A stretch of DNA of 64,000 nucleotides from assembly GCF_009914755.1 (NCBI RefSeq), contig NC_060928.1; one strand, 5' to 3'. This document shows positions 26,791-44,265 of this stretch, in pieces. This stretch comes from the human T2T-CHM13v2.0 reference genome, Homo sapiens. The notes below the pieces were generated by a model, which did not search any database, was not told where the DNA came from, and was given only the letters and a program-made list of their open reading frames with translations. The translations under genes and the position numbers were made by a program. Numbering within the stretch: the stretch's first letter is position 1; each line of letters opens with the position of its first letter.

Positions 26791-29379
26791 ATATTACCTG
26801 TCAGATCATTGCTATCAGTGCCCTGGTTGCATCTTGCTTGCCCACACCTTTGCTTATGCTTTTCCACAGGTCTGCACTGCTCCCCATTGCCTTCCCTCCC
26901 GCCTCACCAGTTGATCCCTATACCTCCTTCCCAATGACCTCCAGGAGGCCTCTAACTTACAGGTGAGGCAGGCATTTTTCTATTCCCTTAACATGACCAG
27001 TTGGTGTATCATGGTAAATTTTATTTCTCTCTCTCTTTCTAGACTGTCAGTATCTTGGGCTTAGAGTTTTATTTATTTTTTTCAGCTCCACTTCAGCTGG
27101 CAAAACGCCTAGCATATAGTAGGAACTAAAAAAATGTTTTCCGAATTAATGAAAGAATGTAGAATTGCAGCTCTGACTGTAACTAGTTTCCCATGAAGAC
27201 TATAATACTCTATTATCCTTTATTTTTCCTGGAGCACAAAAGGATTTCATAGAGTCTGGAAGACGGTTGCACATTAAGCCCCTTTACCACCATCAATGTT
27301 CACTTTCTTTACTTTTCATACTATAAATGATCTGGACTCTCCTTTTTGCTCTTTTTGTTTGTTTATCTACTTTAAACAGTAAAGACATCTACATGCTTAT
27401 CTATTTGCAATAGTGCTGCAGAAGTTACTTTATCAATTATTCCATAGTCAAGGGAAACTTTAGACAAGATATAATGAATTTGGACACTGCAAGTAAAAGC
27501 CATATACTAAATGGCAATCAGCGTTCATTATCTTAAATGTATATATCCTGTGTGTGGCAAAAAACAAGAACAAAAAGCAAAAAACAAACCAAGGGTTATG
27601 TCCTTCAACCTTTGTGAATCCCCAAAATATAAATATGGAACTGTTTATACAGGCTTCTGTCTCCTAAATCTTATTTTCTTGAGAGTCACATTTCATGCCC
27701 TTATCCTCACATCACAATGGAATTGCCTTTCAGTTTTACTAAAGTTTTCTCCTACTTGATAGCCTTTTTCATAAACAAGATTTTAAAAATTACTTCACAA
27801 GAATTACTACACATATAGCAAGAAAAGTACAACACAGAGGGGTTGAGATGTGAATACCAGGCAATCTGCGAGGCTTATGACCTAGCTAAGTATCTCTCCA
27901 GTACAGCAGTTCAAATCTATGCCTTGGTCAAAATTCACTGAATGAATATATTAAGAGTCATTAAATTATACCTTTGGAATTGCCCGCAAGTCCTTTAAAT
28001 GGAATGTTATGTGTAGAAATATCAAGGTTCTGCTATAACAAATACAGCTCAGAGCAGAACAACTAAAGTATATCCATGTTATGATCTACCATTATAGATA
28101 TAGATCTATAGGCACAGAGTTAAGCTCTGGGGAAAACAACAACAACAACAGCAACAAAAATGGGTACTGAAGACAAATCATCCATCTAGGCATATAAATT
28201 AATTATCTTTTTGAAAGTGAAATGAGCAGCCATATTTAAATAGCATTCATGATAATCCCATTGATCTCTTTACACTCTTCGGAAAGTTTAATTCTATCAA
28301 GCAAAAATACCCATGTAAAAACAAAAAGTTATAAAGAAAAAGAGGGCTTATAACAAACAGGGTTCCCTGTTTAAGAAAACTAAAAACCTGGGCACATTTA
28401 CAGATAGAGTGTTCACAACTTCTTCCTTAATGATCTGAAAGATTAAGGAGTACAATAATGAAATTTAAAACTGAAATTTGAGATGCCACGTTACTCATAA
28501 ACCATACAAACTCAGAATAATTTATATTTAAAAATGAAATGTTTAATGCAAAACCAAAAATAAAAGAGAACCATTCAGCAAAAACCCATTAATAAGTGCA
28601 ATCACAAAATAAAACAACATTCAAAAATGTATTGGGGGAACCAAGAAGTAGTGAAGTTAGCAAACTATCAGTGTTACCTAATATTATTATAGAGTTCATA
28701 AAGTACTCAGAATGTGGTCATCACAGTAGGTCTGAGAGTTGGTTAGCATTGAAGGCACCTCTGGAAATTATGCTGAAGGGACTAGATGGCTTCTAAAATT
28801 AAACAGTTATATTTTCTTTTCCATAATTCTTGGGATCGGATGTTGTTACCAACCACAGTCTTCCTCCTGGCTCTTTGGCAGAACAGGGGGTCAATGCTTA
28901 TACCCTGCTTGCAGTCTTATGTCCTCTCTACCACATAACATGGACTCCAAAATTAGCATCCTGCCTTATTAAAATGTAAAACGAACCTTTATCACCTATC
29001 TTGCAAATACTTTTGTTTCTGCACTTTTCATTTGTCAATCATCTTAATTTGGAGAGGCTTTTGCTGTATAAAAGATTTAATTTTTTAAGGAGCCAGAATA
29101 ATTATCCTTACAATATTCAACTATAGTGCCTTGCTTTTAAAAGAGGCTTCCTCATTTTAATATTATATATAAACCTATATTTTCCCTAGTACTTTTATAG
29201 ATGTATTACATTTAATCTTATAATCCCACTTAATTTTTCCCCTAACTGCTATTGGAGTCTTATAACATCTGAAGAGTTACCCATTCTTTGATGATCTGAA
29301 TTGTCACCATATACTAAATTCATATTTGTTTCAACTATTACATACTTTTTCCACATTTTAATATTTTTGAAATCAGTAT

Positions 29380-31700
<2,321 letters not shown>

Positions 31701-34700
31701 AGGTTCCAGGAATTCCTTAGTGTTTCTGATCCACTAAAGACTACTTCTCTGTTTTCTAGTGCTACTAAAAAGTTTTCCTTATTTTTGTCTTTCTTCAGTC
31801 AATTATTAAATCTGTAATCTTTACATTGTTTTTATTATATAGATCTTCACTTCCATAATTCTAAACTATAATATCTTAATTCTATTTTTTTCTAGTTTTC
31901 TTCCACCTATTACTGCCCTTACACCCTACAGTCTTATTTCCTTGTGCTCATTATAACTAAGCATAATTTACAATTCTCTAACTGGGAAAAAACCTGAATA
32001 CTTTAAGTAATACAAGCAATGTATACCATGGAAGACAATGTACAATTATAAACAAATGAATAGTGATATTGCCAAGTGATAAAATTTAATATGAAAAGTA
32101 CAATGAAGTAGTAGTCAAACTTAAGCGATATAACATTAGAATACTTATTTATGCCTTGGAATTCTACTGCAACACACAGATGAGCAGCTTATCTCTCCAT
32201 GTATTCACCTATTTAAAGGTCCACCCGAGTAATTTATTAAATAAAGCCAAAATAAATTAACAGAGTAAGATAAGATGACGTGGTAGTGACAATCAATGAT
32301 TCAAAAATTCATTAAGGCCTACTCAAAAAAACTCTGCAGGCATGCAGGTCTCCCAAATTTTATTGATAGAAAGGAACTAAAATAAGGTGCCATTTGGAGC
32401 ATCGGAATGATGTAGGTGTTTAGCCAGTTCAAACAGGCTAACAGAACAAGTTTGAAAGTGTAAGAGACTTAGAAAATTCATTGTGGAAGTAAAAAACAGA
32501 ACATTCTTACAGTGTACATGAGAAGGGATTAAGATAGTAACCAGTTGACAAATACATATTTCTTTCTCATATTTCTCTGTCAAACAATGTGTGGTACAGC
32601 ACTGTAATTTTTATTTTTATGCTTTTATTTATTAACAAGGAGATGAAAAAGTAAGCTATTTAAAGTGGAGATGTTCTAAGTATCTTTTTTTAAAATAAAT
32701 TTTCAATGGGAATAGGACTAGTTTCTGCAAAATTTATCCTGAAATTGATATGGAAAAAATAGGCATAAAAATGTCTGGTAAATATAATATTGGAAAAAGG
32801 CATTTAGCATAATAAGCAGGGAAAATAATTAGTTAAAATAAATGAACGTTCAATGAGAAATATATTTCCTTAAAAGTACTGGAAGCAAAGTAGTGGAAAC
32901 ACTGTGTATTAGCCAGAGCACTAAGAAAACATTTGATACGAAACAATACCTCAGGGAATAAATGTGATGGGACAGCAGGCCCCATACTGGTCTAATGTCT
33001 ATAATTCCATCTAAATGTCAGTAATGGAAAAAATGAGAAGAAGGAAGAAGATTACAAACAACACATGTGTCCGTCTGTCTTTCTGCATGTAACTCTATAG
33101 GGATTCTCTATTAGAATTACATAATAGTGGAATCTGGTCTATGACATGTAAGACAAATTATCCACAACCATGACATTTTCCATGCTACAACTGTAGGTAC
33201 ATAAGTATAGTCCAGAAATCAAATTCTTAGTTTTGTCACCCTTGTAAAGCAGCAGGAACACTGGAAATTTTCCCCCTTATATTTGGGATCTACTTGAGAA
33301 CCTCCCTTCACCCCACACAAAACCCGACTAAAGAAATCATTTCTTTTCCTTTCTTTTTATTTACAAAGAATTTTTCTCTCCAAAATCTACATTTGCCTAC
33401 TTTTGGCTCTGTCATCAAGTAGGGTGATACAAAATGTATGCCAAGAAAAGTCTGATTGTTTCATTTTTTATTTTTTTCTTACTTGTCTGACACAGTGACA
33501 GGATCACAGAATGTGAATTTTGAACAGATCTGAAAAGTTATTAAGTTCAACTCCACAGAGGTGAGTAATGTGCCCATAAGTGTGGCTGAAGATGAGTGGC
33601 GCTAACACAATGCTGTGAGTCCGACCCCCAGTCCAGCACTCTTTCCATGTCGTCTAACTCGCTCTCATTTACCTTCACATAAAGTGACAAAGGGGCCTGA
33701 TGCGTAACTTCCTCCAGCCACTCCCCGTTCCCAGTTATTATTCCAAAGAAATGTTGCTGGGGAAAAGTGAAGATGTGACTTGATGGGGCAAGCTGCCACT
33801 CTGCCTTCCTTCCTATGATAACTTACTAGTAAATAATGCATTCCTTCTGGAATTTAATTTCACATTTTCAAAGGCCAAAGACAGCTTGTAGTAAATCTTT
33901 ATACTTATAAAAAAGCATTTTAAACAGCATAACATTTATAATATAGTTTTCCCCTTGACCTCCCTAAGAAATAAAATTTTATAACATTTACTTGGTATCA
34001 TATTGTAAGGCACCCTTGGCAGTTTTCTTTTATTGCTTATGTTAGAGATCTGATCAGTGACAATCTTTAAAAAAGATCTCACAGATTCATTAGCCTCCAC
34101 TTTTTTCTCTGAGAACTGTAGAAGAGTTGACTCAACAGCCCAGCAGGGGGTTGGCACGCTGGTTTCTAAGCGGCTTTAATGCACAATTCACCAGGGTCAG
34201 GAGCTGACCCTCAACCTTTTAGCTTAGGCACTAGATTAGCATACTGAAGACTGCTGGGGTGGAGTCACAGTAACTAAGTTGACAAGACTGATTTATAAAA
34301 CCAAAATAGTATCAATGTTCAAAAAGAAACAGATCTGTCCCAGAAACAGAAGTATAAGCACCTGCAGCTCCAGCCCATTGCCTCAAGTCCAGTTCATACA
34401 ATAAGAAACAACTGTCAGGGCAACCAGTATATTTGAGAGGACATGAATAATGCATTCTCTTCCCATGAGCTAACCTACACTGGAAAAGAAAGTAATCAGT
34501 ACAAGTTGGATTGGTGGGACTGGAATCAGAACAAGGGAAATCAGAGTCAGAGAATGTTGAATTGTGCTAAGCTGATGTATTCCTTTCACAATAAGGATGC
34601 ATTCTAGGCAGAGGGACTGGGAATTGGAAAGATATTACTGGCTATAATCTGATGCATCCATTGCACCTAGTGAAGGCTCACCATATGGTCAGAATACTCG

Positions 34701-35569
34701 ATGCACACTGATACAACTCTCTACATCCATCTCTGTGTTAGGGACAAATGTTACTTTACTCTTGCACAGAACTTGGACAGTCACTTTTAATATCTGTCTT
34801 TTCTTTTTCTATTTTCATTACTGATACCCTCTGCCCCTTCTTTCTGACTAAAACTCTCATTCAATAAAATTATAGTCAAATCTTGCAATTGGAAAAGTAT
34901 TCAGACTTTTAAAGTTATATTTATATATCTAAATGTTGCTCCATTAGGGTTTTAATTCTAAATTTAACCTTTAAAAAGTTATCATATTTTCTTTATTTCC
35001 AGGTTCCTAGGAGAATGTTAACAGTCCAGACCTTTTTCACTACATCAACCACGGATGATTGGCATATAAAATCCTACTTAACCTTTACATAACTGCAATA
35101 CCAGGAAACAAATATGTCAATAAAAGGAAACATCATTCAATTTTTCTGAGCATGCATTCTTCCATCATTCCTGAAGTAGAGGTTTTTCTATAATCATGTT
35201 AAGAACATAAGCTCCTGAGGGCAGGAATTTCTGCTTTGTTCATTGATTTATCCCAACTGCCAAGAACAGTGGAGTGCTCAATAAATATTAAATGAATAAA
35301 TAAATATAACCTATAACCTAAACTACATTCTTAAAAAAAGTCAACATCCAGGAAATAAGACTCTAAAACAATACACATTATCTACTTAATATCTCTTATA
35401 CAGTCTACCAAATTTCAATACATCATCAATCATTCTTAAACAAAAAATTCTGCTGAAATAGGATAATAATTATAAAAGTGCACCATAGTTTATAAGATAT
35501 TTAACAAATGTCTGTTGGTATTTATCAATTATTTTAATTATTCTATCATTCCAAATTTTATCTTTTTTA

Positions 35570-35752
<183 letters not shown>

Positions 35753-36662
35753 CTAAACAAAAATAAAAAGAACAAAACAGCTAAAATGGTAAAGAGATTG
35801 ATTTGTCCATTAGATGCCATATAAACTATATGACACATTTGAAAGCACTATATATTCAACTTTTATATTAGAGAGCATTGGAAAGCAGAAAATGTATAAA
35901 TTATAATGAAGTTCACATAAATGCAATATAAAGCAATGTCTACTTTGTTAAAAATATCGGAATTTTTTTCACTTTAAACTTTCCAAGCAGCTTAATAATA
36001 AGTAAAATATAAAAATAAGTTAAAAAAAATAAGTAAAAGTACAGTATCTACTATACTAGTGTAGTAAATGCCCCAAATAATTTAACGAGAGGGGCAGAAT
36101 CTAAACGCCACCTAAAATGCACCGTGTTACAAACCTGTCCTTTAATAATACCACTGTTGCTATTGCTATATTGCTAAAGTTCTAACAATGTCTCCAAATA
36201 ACACCCAAATAACAAAATCATCCAAATAACAAAATCAAGGCAGCTGCCTCAAAGTGCAATGCTTTCCTGAAGAGGTGAGAGAAAATACTATAATTCAAAT
36301 TTTTCAGTGTCTGAGAACTAGATATTTGTAGCTTTGAGGTCAAGAAAAACAGACATCCATTTTCCCAGAGCTACTCACTATGACAGATTACCAATTGCAT
36401 CAGTTCAAGCCACACAGAAACTAATTTTTGCAAATAAGGCAAAAACTCTAGCAATATTATCTAAGGAATGTCATTGACATTATGTAGGTAATAGCTAAAT
36501 TACTTCAAAAATAGTACGGTAACTTATTAATAGACATTTAAAAAGGTGAAAAAAGTACAAAGAAAAATGTCCAGCTACAGCTCTCAATAGATGTTATGAT
36601 CTATTTTATTCTCCTTCCTCAGATGAGGGAAAGCACAGATCATTCCTAAACAGTCAATTCTA

Positions 36663-36977
<315 letters not shown>

Positions 36978-37779
36978 TTATTTGGAAAATGTAGCTTTAA
37001 ATGTGTTTGATGATTTACAACTTTGTCAGTTACCATAATTTAAATGTTTTGAAAAAACAAAATCCCACAAATTTCCAACAAGTTTTATAAGTGTGAATGG
37101 CCTTATTCTCATCGCAAATGGGCATGGTGATTTTTGGTGTCATTTAATGTAAACTCATATGTCCCCTCATATCTTATTTTCCCATCAGATTATAGAATGC
37201 CTAAGGTCTAGTGCTTGTTTCACTTCCTCATTATTTGGTTTCTCTATCCATTCCAATAAAACAGTATCTTACACATTTTAAGACCAAGGGAAAAATCAAA
37301 CAGCTTAGAAAAAATTTTTAAAGCTCTTCTCTCTAGTTAAGTCTATTTTCTTTCTCCTTCTGTCTTTTTGTCGTGTCTTCCTTAGCATCTTTCCCTTTGT
37401 TCAGTTTCCTCTCTACACCTTTTTTCTGCTTTGAGATGCTTTAAGATACTTTTAAAATTAAAAATTTATCTTCCTCAAGAAATTTTTATGAACTTACAAT
37501 ATTTTTACCAGTTATGTTCCAGTCTCTTGCTTAACAGAGTGAACATGAAAGATTAATCTGATGCCAGGGGGTACAGTGTCAGTGCAAGGGATGGAAAACA
37601 GAATGGAACATGTTTTTTCATCAGGAAACTCCGTATGTTCCCTTGTGGTGATGATAAATTCAGCAAAGAGGGTCAGGTTATGGGAATTTATTCTATCTAT
37701 AAGAACATGCTTATTTTAATTGTAATATCACTAAAGAAGTAGGAAAACCTAACAATAGTAGACATTTCAAAATAAAATA

Positions 37780-38079
37780 CAGTTGGCCCTCTGTACCCAC
37801 AAGTCCACGTCTTTGGATACACCCAACTGCAGTACTGAAAATAAACCAAAGAAAAAAAACAAAAATAAAAAATAACATAAATTTAAACAATAGTACAACA
37901 TAACAATTATTTAAATAGCATTTACATTGTATTAGGTATTATAAGTAATATAGAGTGGATGTGCATAGGTTATAGGCAAATACTACATCATTTTATACAA
38001 GGGACTTTAGTGTCTGCAGATTTTGGTATCTGTAGGGGTTCCTGGAACTAATTTCCCAAGGATACTGAGTGACAACAGC
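37780..38079. mobile_element. MER2-type (TcMar-Tigger) element
   Basis: cagttggccctctgtaccc...gcatttacattgtattaggtattataagtaat...ggatactgagtgacaacag. Confidence 0.8.
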
Positions 38080-39231
38080 ATACATCTCAGGAAAAATGTC
38101 CACTTGTTCTAAGTTTCCAAAGTTCCAATGTTTTGCTATCTTCTGTCCTTCCCACCCAACCTGACCCAGCTGCTTCTTGGGACAGTGGTTTCATATGGCG
38201 TCCTTCAGCGCTAGTGATTCCACAAAGATTCCTGAACCCTGTGGCCTGGTTCCTGGTCAAAATATTTCAGTCTTCCCTTTGTTGTACATTTTACTTTAAG
38301 TGTAATTTGGTCAAACCAAGTACTGACCACTTGTCTAGTATTATGTATACATGAAAAAGAATGAAAAGGAAATGACAGAAGAGTGACATAATAGTAAATG
38401 AACTTTAAATTGAATATTTCTTGAGACTAGGCTGAGAGTCTGTGAAGGCTTGCCAGTTACCATACACATCAGACCTAATACACTCCTGAGGTCCTACTTC
38501 ATACATATTATTTGAGTGACACTCAAGAAAAGGTTATATAAATGCAGGGTTTAGTTTAATAAAACAATGTTTAAAACTACAAATATTTTATAAATAGCAA
38601 CAGCCTAGAGAGAAGAAAATAAGAAGCTATAGTGAAAAAAAGAAGAAAAATGAAAAGGTGACCACCAGGAGAATGAAGTATATTGGAGAAGTAAGTATCC
38701 TTGTAAAATCTCTTTTAAAATGATAATTATCATATCAATAACTATTATTATTCTTCATCATCATTATTTTAATTATCATCATCATTATTTTAAGAGTAGG
38801 AGCCAGGAAAAAATCCAAAATGGTTAAGCAATTTGTCAGAGTTCATAAATTCAGACTTACACTAGTTAATATAGAGAAAGAGAAGTAGAAAAACTACTTC
38901 TAAATCAACAAATACCTGATACCTTATTTAACTCCTTGAAATTTTTAGGTTTTCCTGATGGTTACTTTAAGTGAAAAATGAGCATTAGATTTATTAAAGT
39001 TACATGATACTATGTTTGTTTCTTACTCTATAAGAAATGTTGATAAATTTTTAGTTCCTGAACTCAATAAATAAAGATTGAATACCTTCTCCATCAGAGG
39101 CACCCTTAGCAGTATATGGGCGACAAACTTACATAGGTTAGTAACTGTCATAGGAGCTTACAATCTAGTAGAAGACTGAAACAGAATGAATAATGTGTTT
39201 AAATTACATGGACTATTTGGGTAGAGTCTAG

Positions 39232-39725
39232 TGCAGAGACTGCCAGTTGTCCTTCAATAATTCTCCTCCCCTTCTGTTTGTCTGGACATATATGGCCACC
39301 CAGAATAAAGACCACATTTCTCAGCCACCCTAGTGGCTTAGTATTGCCATCTGGCTAAGTTCTAGACAACAGGATGTAAGAGTAAATGTCTGTGATGGCT
39401 TCTAGTAACCTTCCTAAGAGACAGGTGATACATGCTGTCTGTCCCTTCTTTCCCAGTCCCCCATCCTACTGTTTAAAATGTGGATATAATGACTGGAGCT
39501 GCATCCTTGACCCTGAAGGAAAGGGCCATATCCTAGGGATGTAAGGTAGAAAGTCCAAAGGTGTCTTGGTCCCCAAGGTCTTTGTGGAGCACAGCTACAG
39601 CACCAAGCCTGAGCTGGCTACCTCTGGGCTTTTACAGGAGAGAGTAATAATACTGTGTTCTTGTTTAAGCTATTTTTATTTTGGGTTTTCATGATCCACA
39701 GTTAAGCCTAATCCTAAGTGATACG
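39232..39725 (+). mobile_element. MaLR LTR (MLT1J-like)
   Basis: ggccacccagaataaagaccacatttctcagcc...ggctaagttct...cctaatcctaagtgatac. Confidence 0.7.
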
Positions 39726-40127
39726 GTGTAACAATGCAAGCACCACACGTGTGGAGAAGATGGACAGGTAGCACCTAAATGGAGTGGAATAGGGAAGAGG
39801 TAGCATTAGAGAAATGAATTCACAGTTGGTTCAGAATTTTTAAAGGAGAGACATCAGGAATGAAAGGTAGAGTATTCCAGGCAGGAAAAAACAAAACAAA
39901 ACGAAACAGTATAAAACACATTGCTGACATGGAAGAGTTCTATGTGTAACTGGGAAACACTAAATAGTTACAGATTGTCAAGAATAAAATGATGATTTCA
40001 GGCTGAAAATGTTAGGCTAGGACAGATAGTGAAAGATTTTGAAAGTGTAATACAAGGAATATGGATCTCATTCTTTTACTGATGGGAATATTATAGTGTC
40101 CTTTAGAATGTGCCTCAGAGCTCCAAT

Positions 40128-40545
40128 TGTAGAAAGAGTAGCTGACCAATGTCTCAAGTTGCTGTGCTCTGGAAGCCATCAACAAGTTTGCACTGAGGTC
40201 ACCTCTACCAGGGTTGATCCCAGAGAAAAAGACTGAGCACACTAGGGACACTAAAGTAGGCCTAATCCTGGGAGGCCCAGTATTCTTCTCACAGTAAATT
40301 TCAGCTAGAGGACTTCCCAGCAGCCTTGCCAAACCTTCCTTAGAACTGTTCAGCTGTCTAGGATACTTCTGTACAACTTTCCTTCCTTCTTCCTCTCCTT
40401 AACTCTGGGTCAGACTTTCGTGTTGGTCTGATGGCTTTCCTGGCTCCTTCCCTCTGGTTCTCACAGGGTGTTTTCTCTAATAAATTTCTGCACATTTAAT
40501 CTAATCTTGGCATCTGTTTCTTGGAAGACCTGGACTAACTCACAC
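40128..40545 (+). mobile_element. ERVL-class LTR (LTR40-like)
   Basis: 3' end aataaatttctgcacatttaatctaatcttggcatctgtttcttggaagacctggactaactca; 5' boundary uncertain. Confidence 0.5.
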
Positions 40546-41802
40546 ATCTAAGGCTTTTTGTACAATGTGTATCAATGAACTGTATATGAGTGCATTGTTG
40601 GGATGAGAGAATTAGGTACGTGGAGCTTGAAAAGATAAATTTCTGTGCTTTAGAATTAAATGGGAGTCACTGCAGGTAATGTAAACCAAAGACAAATAAA
40701 AAAAAAATCAAAGAGACATGGAAATAATAGCTAACACTTACTGAATGCCAGAAATTTTCTGAAGCATTTTATATACATTATCTTATTTGATTCTTAGTAC
40801 AATCCTACTACCACTACAGATGAAGAAACTGAGGCTTTGAGAGATTAAATAATTTACATGAAGTCTCACAGCTAGTAAGCCCAGTATGTGGTGCAACTTA
40901 AATACTTACATTTAAATACAATCAGTCTGACTTCTACATTCTTCTACACTGTATCCACAATTTTTTAAAGTAGTAGTCTTTACTTATTTAATTACACTTA
41001 TATTTTCTAATATGATAATCAATAACAAGTATAAACTAATATGTATATTCCAAGAAAGTGACCTAAAAGGATTAATTCTATGTATTTATCATTTTATGAC
41101 ACAAATGTGCATTTGTGAATGAACATAAAGTTAATTAGTATGGAATTATAGCACTAAAATATCTACTTCTTAAAGAGCTAACATAAACGGCACAACATTA
41201 TACTCATTTTTTTCCTTCTAATTGGGTGGCTCTTGAATTGAAGCACAAAAACTCTAAAACTTCCCACCATGTGGAAATGAGCCTCCCTTTGGAAATTCCT
41301 GGGCAACTCAACTCCCAAGAGCTTACTATGCTTTATCCCTTTTATGATATGCTTCTAATAATTATGTGTAATGTTCACCCTGAATATGTTGTTTTACATT
41401 TAACATTTCAAAACCATCTTCAGTATATTAATTTATGAGGTCATTAGTGGATTGGTTGGAAAAATCTCGAATGAGCTATACTTTTTAATTGATAAATAAC
41501 TTCCTGAAAAGAATGATTTGCTTACTGCTAACATCAAATTGCCTAGTACTTCATCAAATTGAGAGATGGCAAAGTTTGGATTGGCAAAGTTTTTAATAAT
41601 GAGAATTGGAGTCCTAAATCCTACCAATAATCAGTTTTAGGAACAAAATAAAGAATTTGCTGGTGAAAAATAAGTATCAATATTAGTTTTGCCCTTTTTC
41701 AAAATGTTAACATTACTAAACACCATTTTAAATTCAGTTACTGCAAATTTAGGCCTGTTACCTAATTTTTATTAAAATAAAAAAAATCTCAGAGGCCTTT
41801 TA

Positions 41803-42066
<264 letters not shown>

Positions 42067-43411
42067 TTAGTTAACATAAGCTATTACTGTTGAAATGATT
42101 TTCATTATTGTAAAGTCAATTAATAAATCAGTTAAAATGATCCATGTAAATTAGTCTCTTTTAAGGTAATCACACTGACCTATTTAACCTTTATAAAAAA
42201 TATCTTTATACTAAGACTGTCTTGGAATCATTAAATCAATAAGTGGAAAGATCCTTTCCATTTTTCCTACAGAGAGGGAATGTGGTATTTAGAAACAAAT
42301 ATATATATAGCAAGACATTTTTGTGTTTTTTTAAATGCATATTTACCAGTAGAGGTCACTATCACACCAATTCACTGGATTTGTCCAGCTACTGCTAAAA
42401 GAAATTAGAGGGCCTGGCTGAATTTATAAGAAAAAAATCAAAAGCCAATACCTAAAATATAATACACAGGGATATGCTGCTGCACAAATATTAAAAGATA
42501 ATGTAGATAATTCATCATTTTGGACTTTTAATATGATTATCATACTGATGTTCCTATTGTCCCATGGAGGTAAAGGTAAATATATAAACAGAGATGCCTA
42601 TATTTCTATTTATGTATAGGAACTCATTATTTATGCAAGCCAAAAAGTAAAATATTCAAATATTTACATATGTCCTACCTAGAAACTTTCTAAAATCTTC
42701 TTTCCAAAAAGGAAAAAAGATATTACAGCATCATAAAATTAAAATAATATATATTAATGTGCACATTTTCAGACATTTCAAAAGGATTCAATACTAACTA
42801 AAACAATGTCAAATCTGCTAGAAAATGCAATGGCACAGGAGCTTAGGACAGAATAGGTGTGGAGACGGGATATAATCTTCAATGCATGATCAGCAAAGCC
42901 AAGAAGGAAATAAAGGTCAGCAATTCAATTATGACCATGTGAACCCCAAATTCCAGGACATCAGAAAACTCTCTGGTTAGACAATCCATGGTTTATCTCC
43001 CTTGACTACTCACTTCATGCCCAAGTCAGCAGTCAAGGCTTAAAGTCAGGTCTACCTTCTGAGTCAAATGAATTCCCCATCTGCCTCCAAGTTACACCCC
43101 ACCCTTTGCTAATTCCTAAAATCCTTTAATAGGAGAAAAGGCCCTTCCTTGTACCACATTGTCAAAATAATAGTCTAGTAATGAGTTTTGATTTAAATAT
43201 AAATACTTAACAAAGTAACAACTTTAAGTCACTGTGGTCAATAGTCTCTCCATCTTGATGGAGGACGACTTAGGACCGTAAATGTGAGAAAAGACAAGAG
43301 ACAATAAAATAATCTGTAGCTTATATTTCTTAAATCAAACTGGTCATGAAATAACTATTTAGCCAATATTATATCATGTGATAAAGACAAGTAGAGAATA
43401 CGTGCTTTTAC

Positions 43412-43479
43412 CTTGTTAATGTATCAGATGATTTTTCTAATTCCTCACACTCCATGTGAAACACACTAGAAAAAGAATC
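43412..43479 (-). CDS. PDE5A: PDE5A coding exon (~7), 68 nt, DSFSSVFHMECEELEKSSDTLT(R)
   Basis: Manual translation; acceptor ctgtttttag, donor GTAAAA. Confidence 0.95.
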
Positions 43480-43892
43480 CTAAAAACAGACAACACAGGC
43501 TGAGAAATAAGTTTGACAAGGTAATGAAAACTATCTAGATACAGACATACATGCTATGGAATTGACAAAAGACCCCAATACTTGTAGTATATTTTTACTT
43601 ATTCTTGGACAAAATAGACCCAAGTACTCATTTTATGACATCCTCAAAACTGCTTCCCATTTAATTAAAATAAAAGTTTCGTTCATATAATTTCTGATTT
43701 TCTCTTGGAAGAATGATTATATGAGGACTATTTGTTTTTTTCTAGGTGCTGATGGATTTATTAGTTTCAAAATTTTTTACACTTATTGAAAATTCTCAAG
43801 TTTTGGCTTTTAACGCTTAAGTACATTGATTGTTGTTAAATCCCAGGTAAAGAATCCCTTCTTAAAAAGATGTTTCATTCAGTAATACTTTA

Positions 43893-44265
<373 letters not shown>

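Noticed and set aside
36193-36237. Short tandem micro-duplications (ccaaataacaaaatca x2; similar near 858, 4510, 38755, 46252)
   Set aside because: Common slippage products; no repeat-spacer periodicity, so not CRISPR-like.
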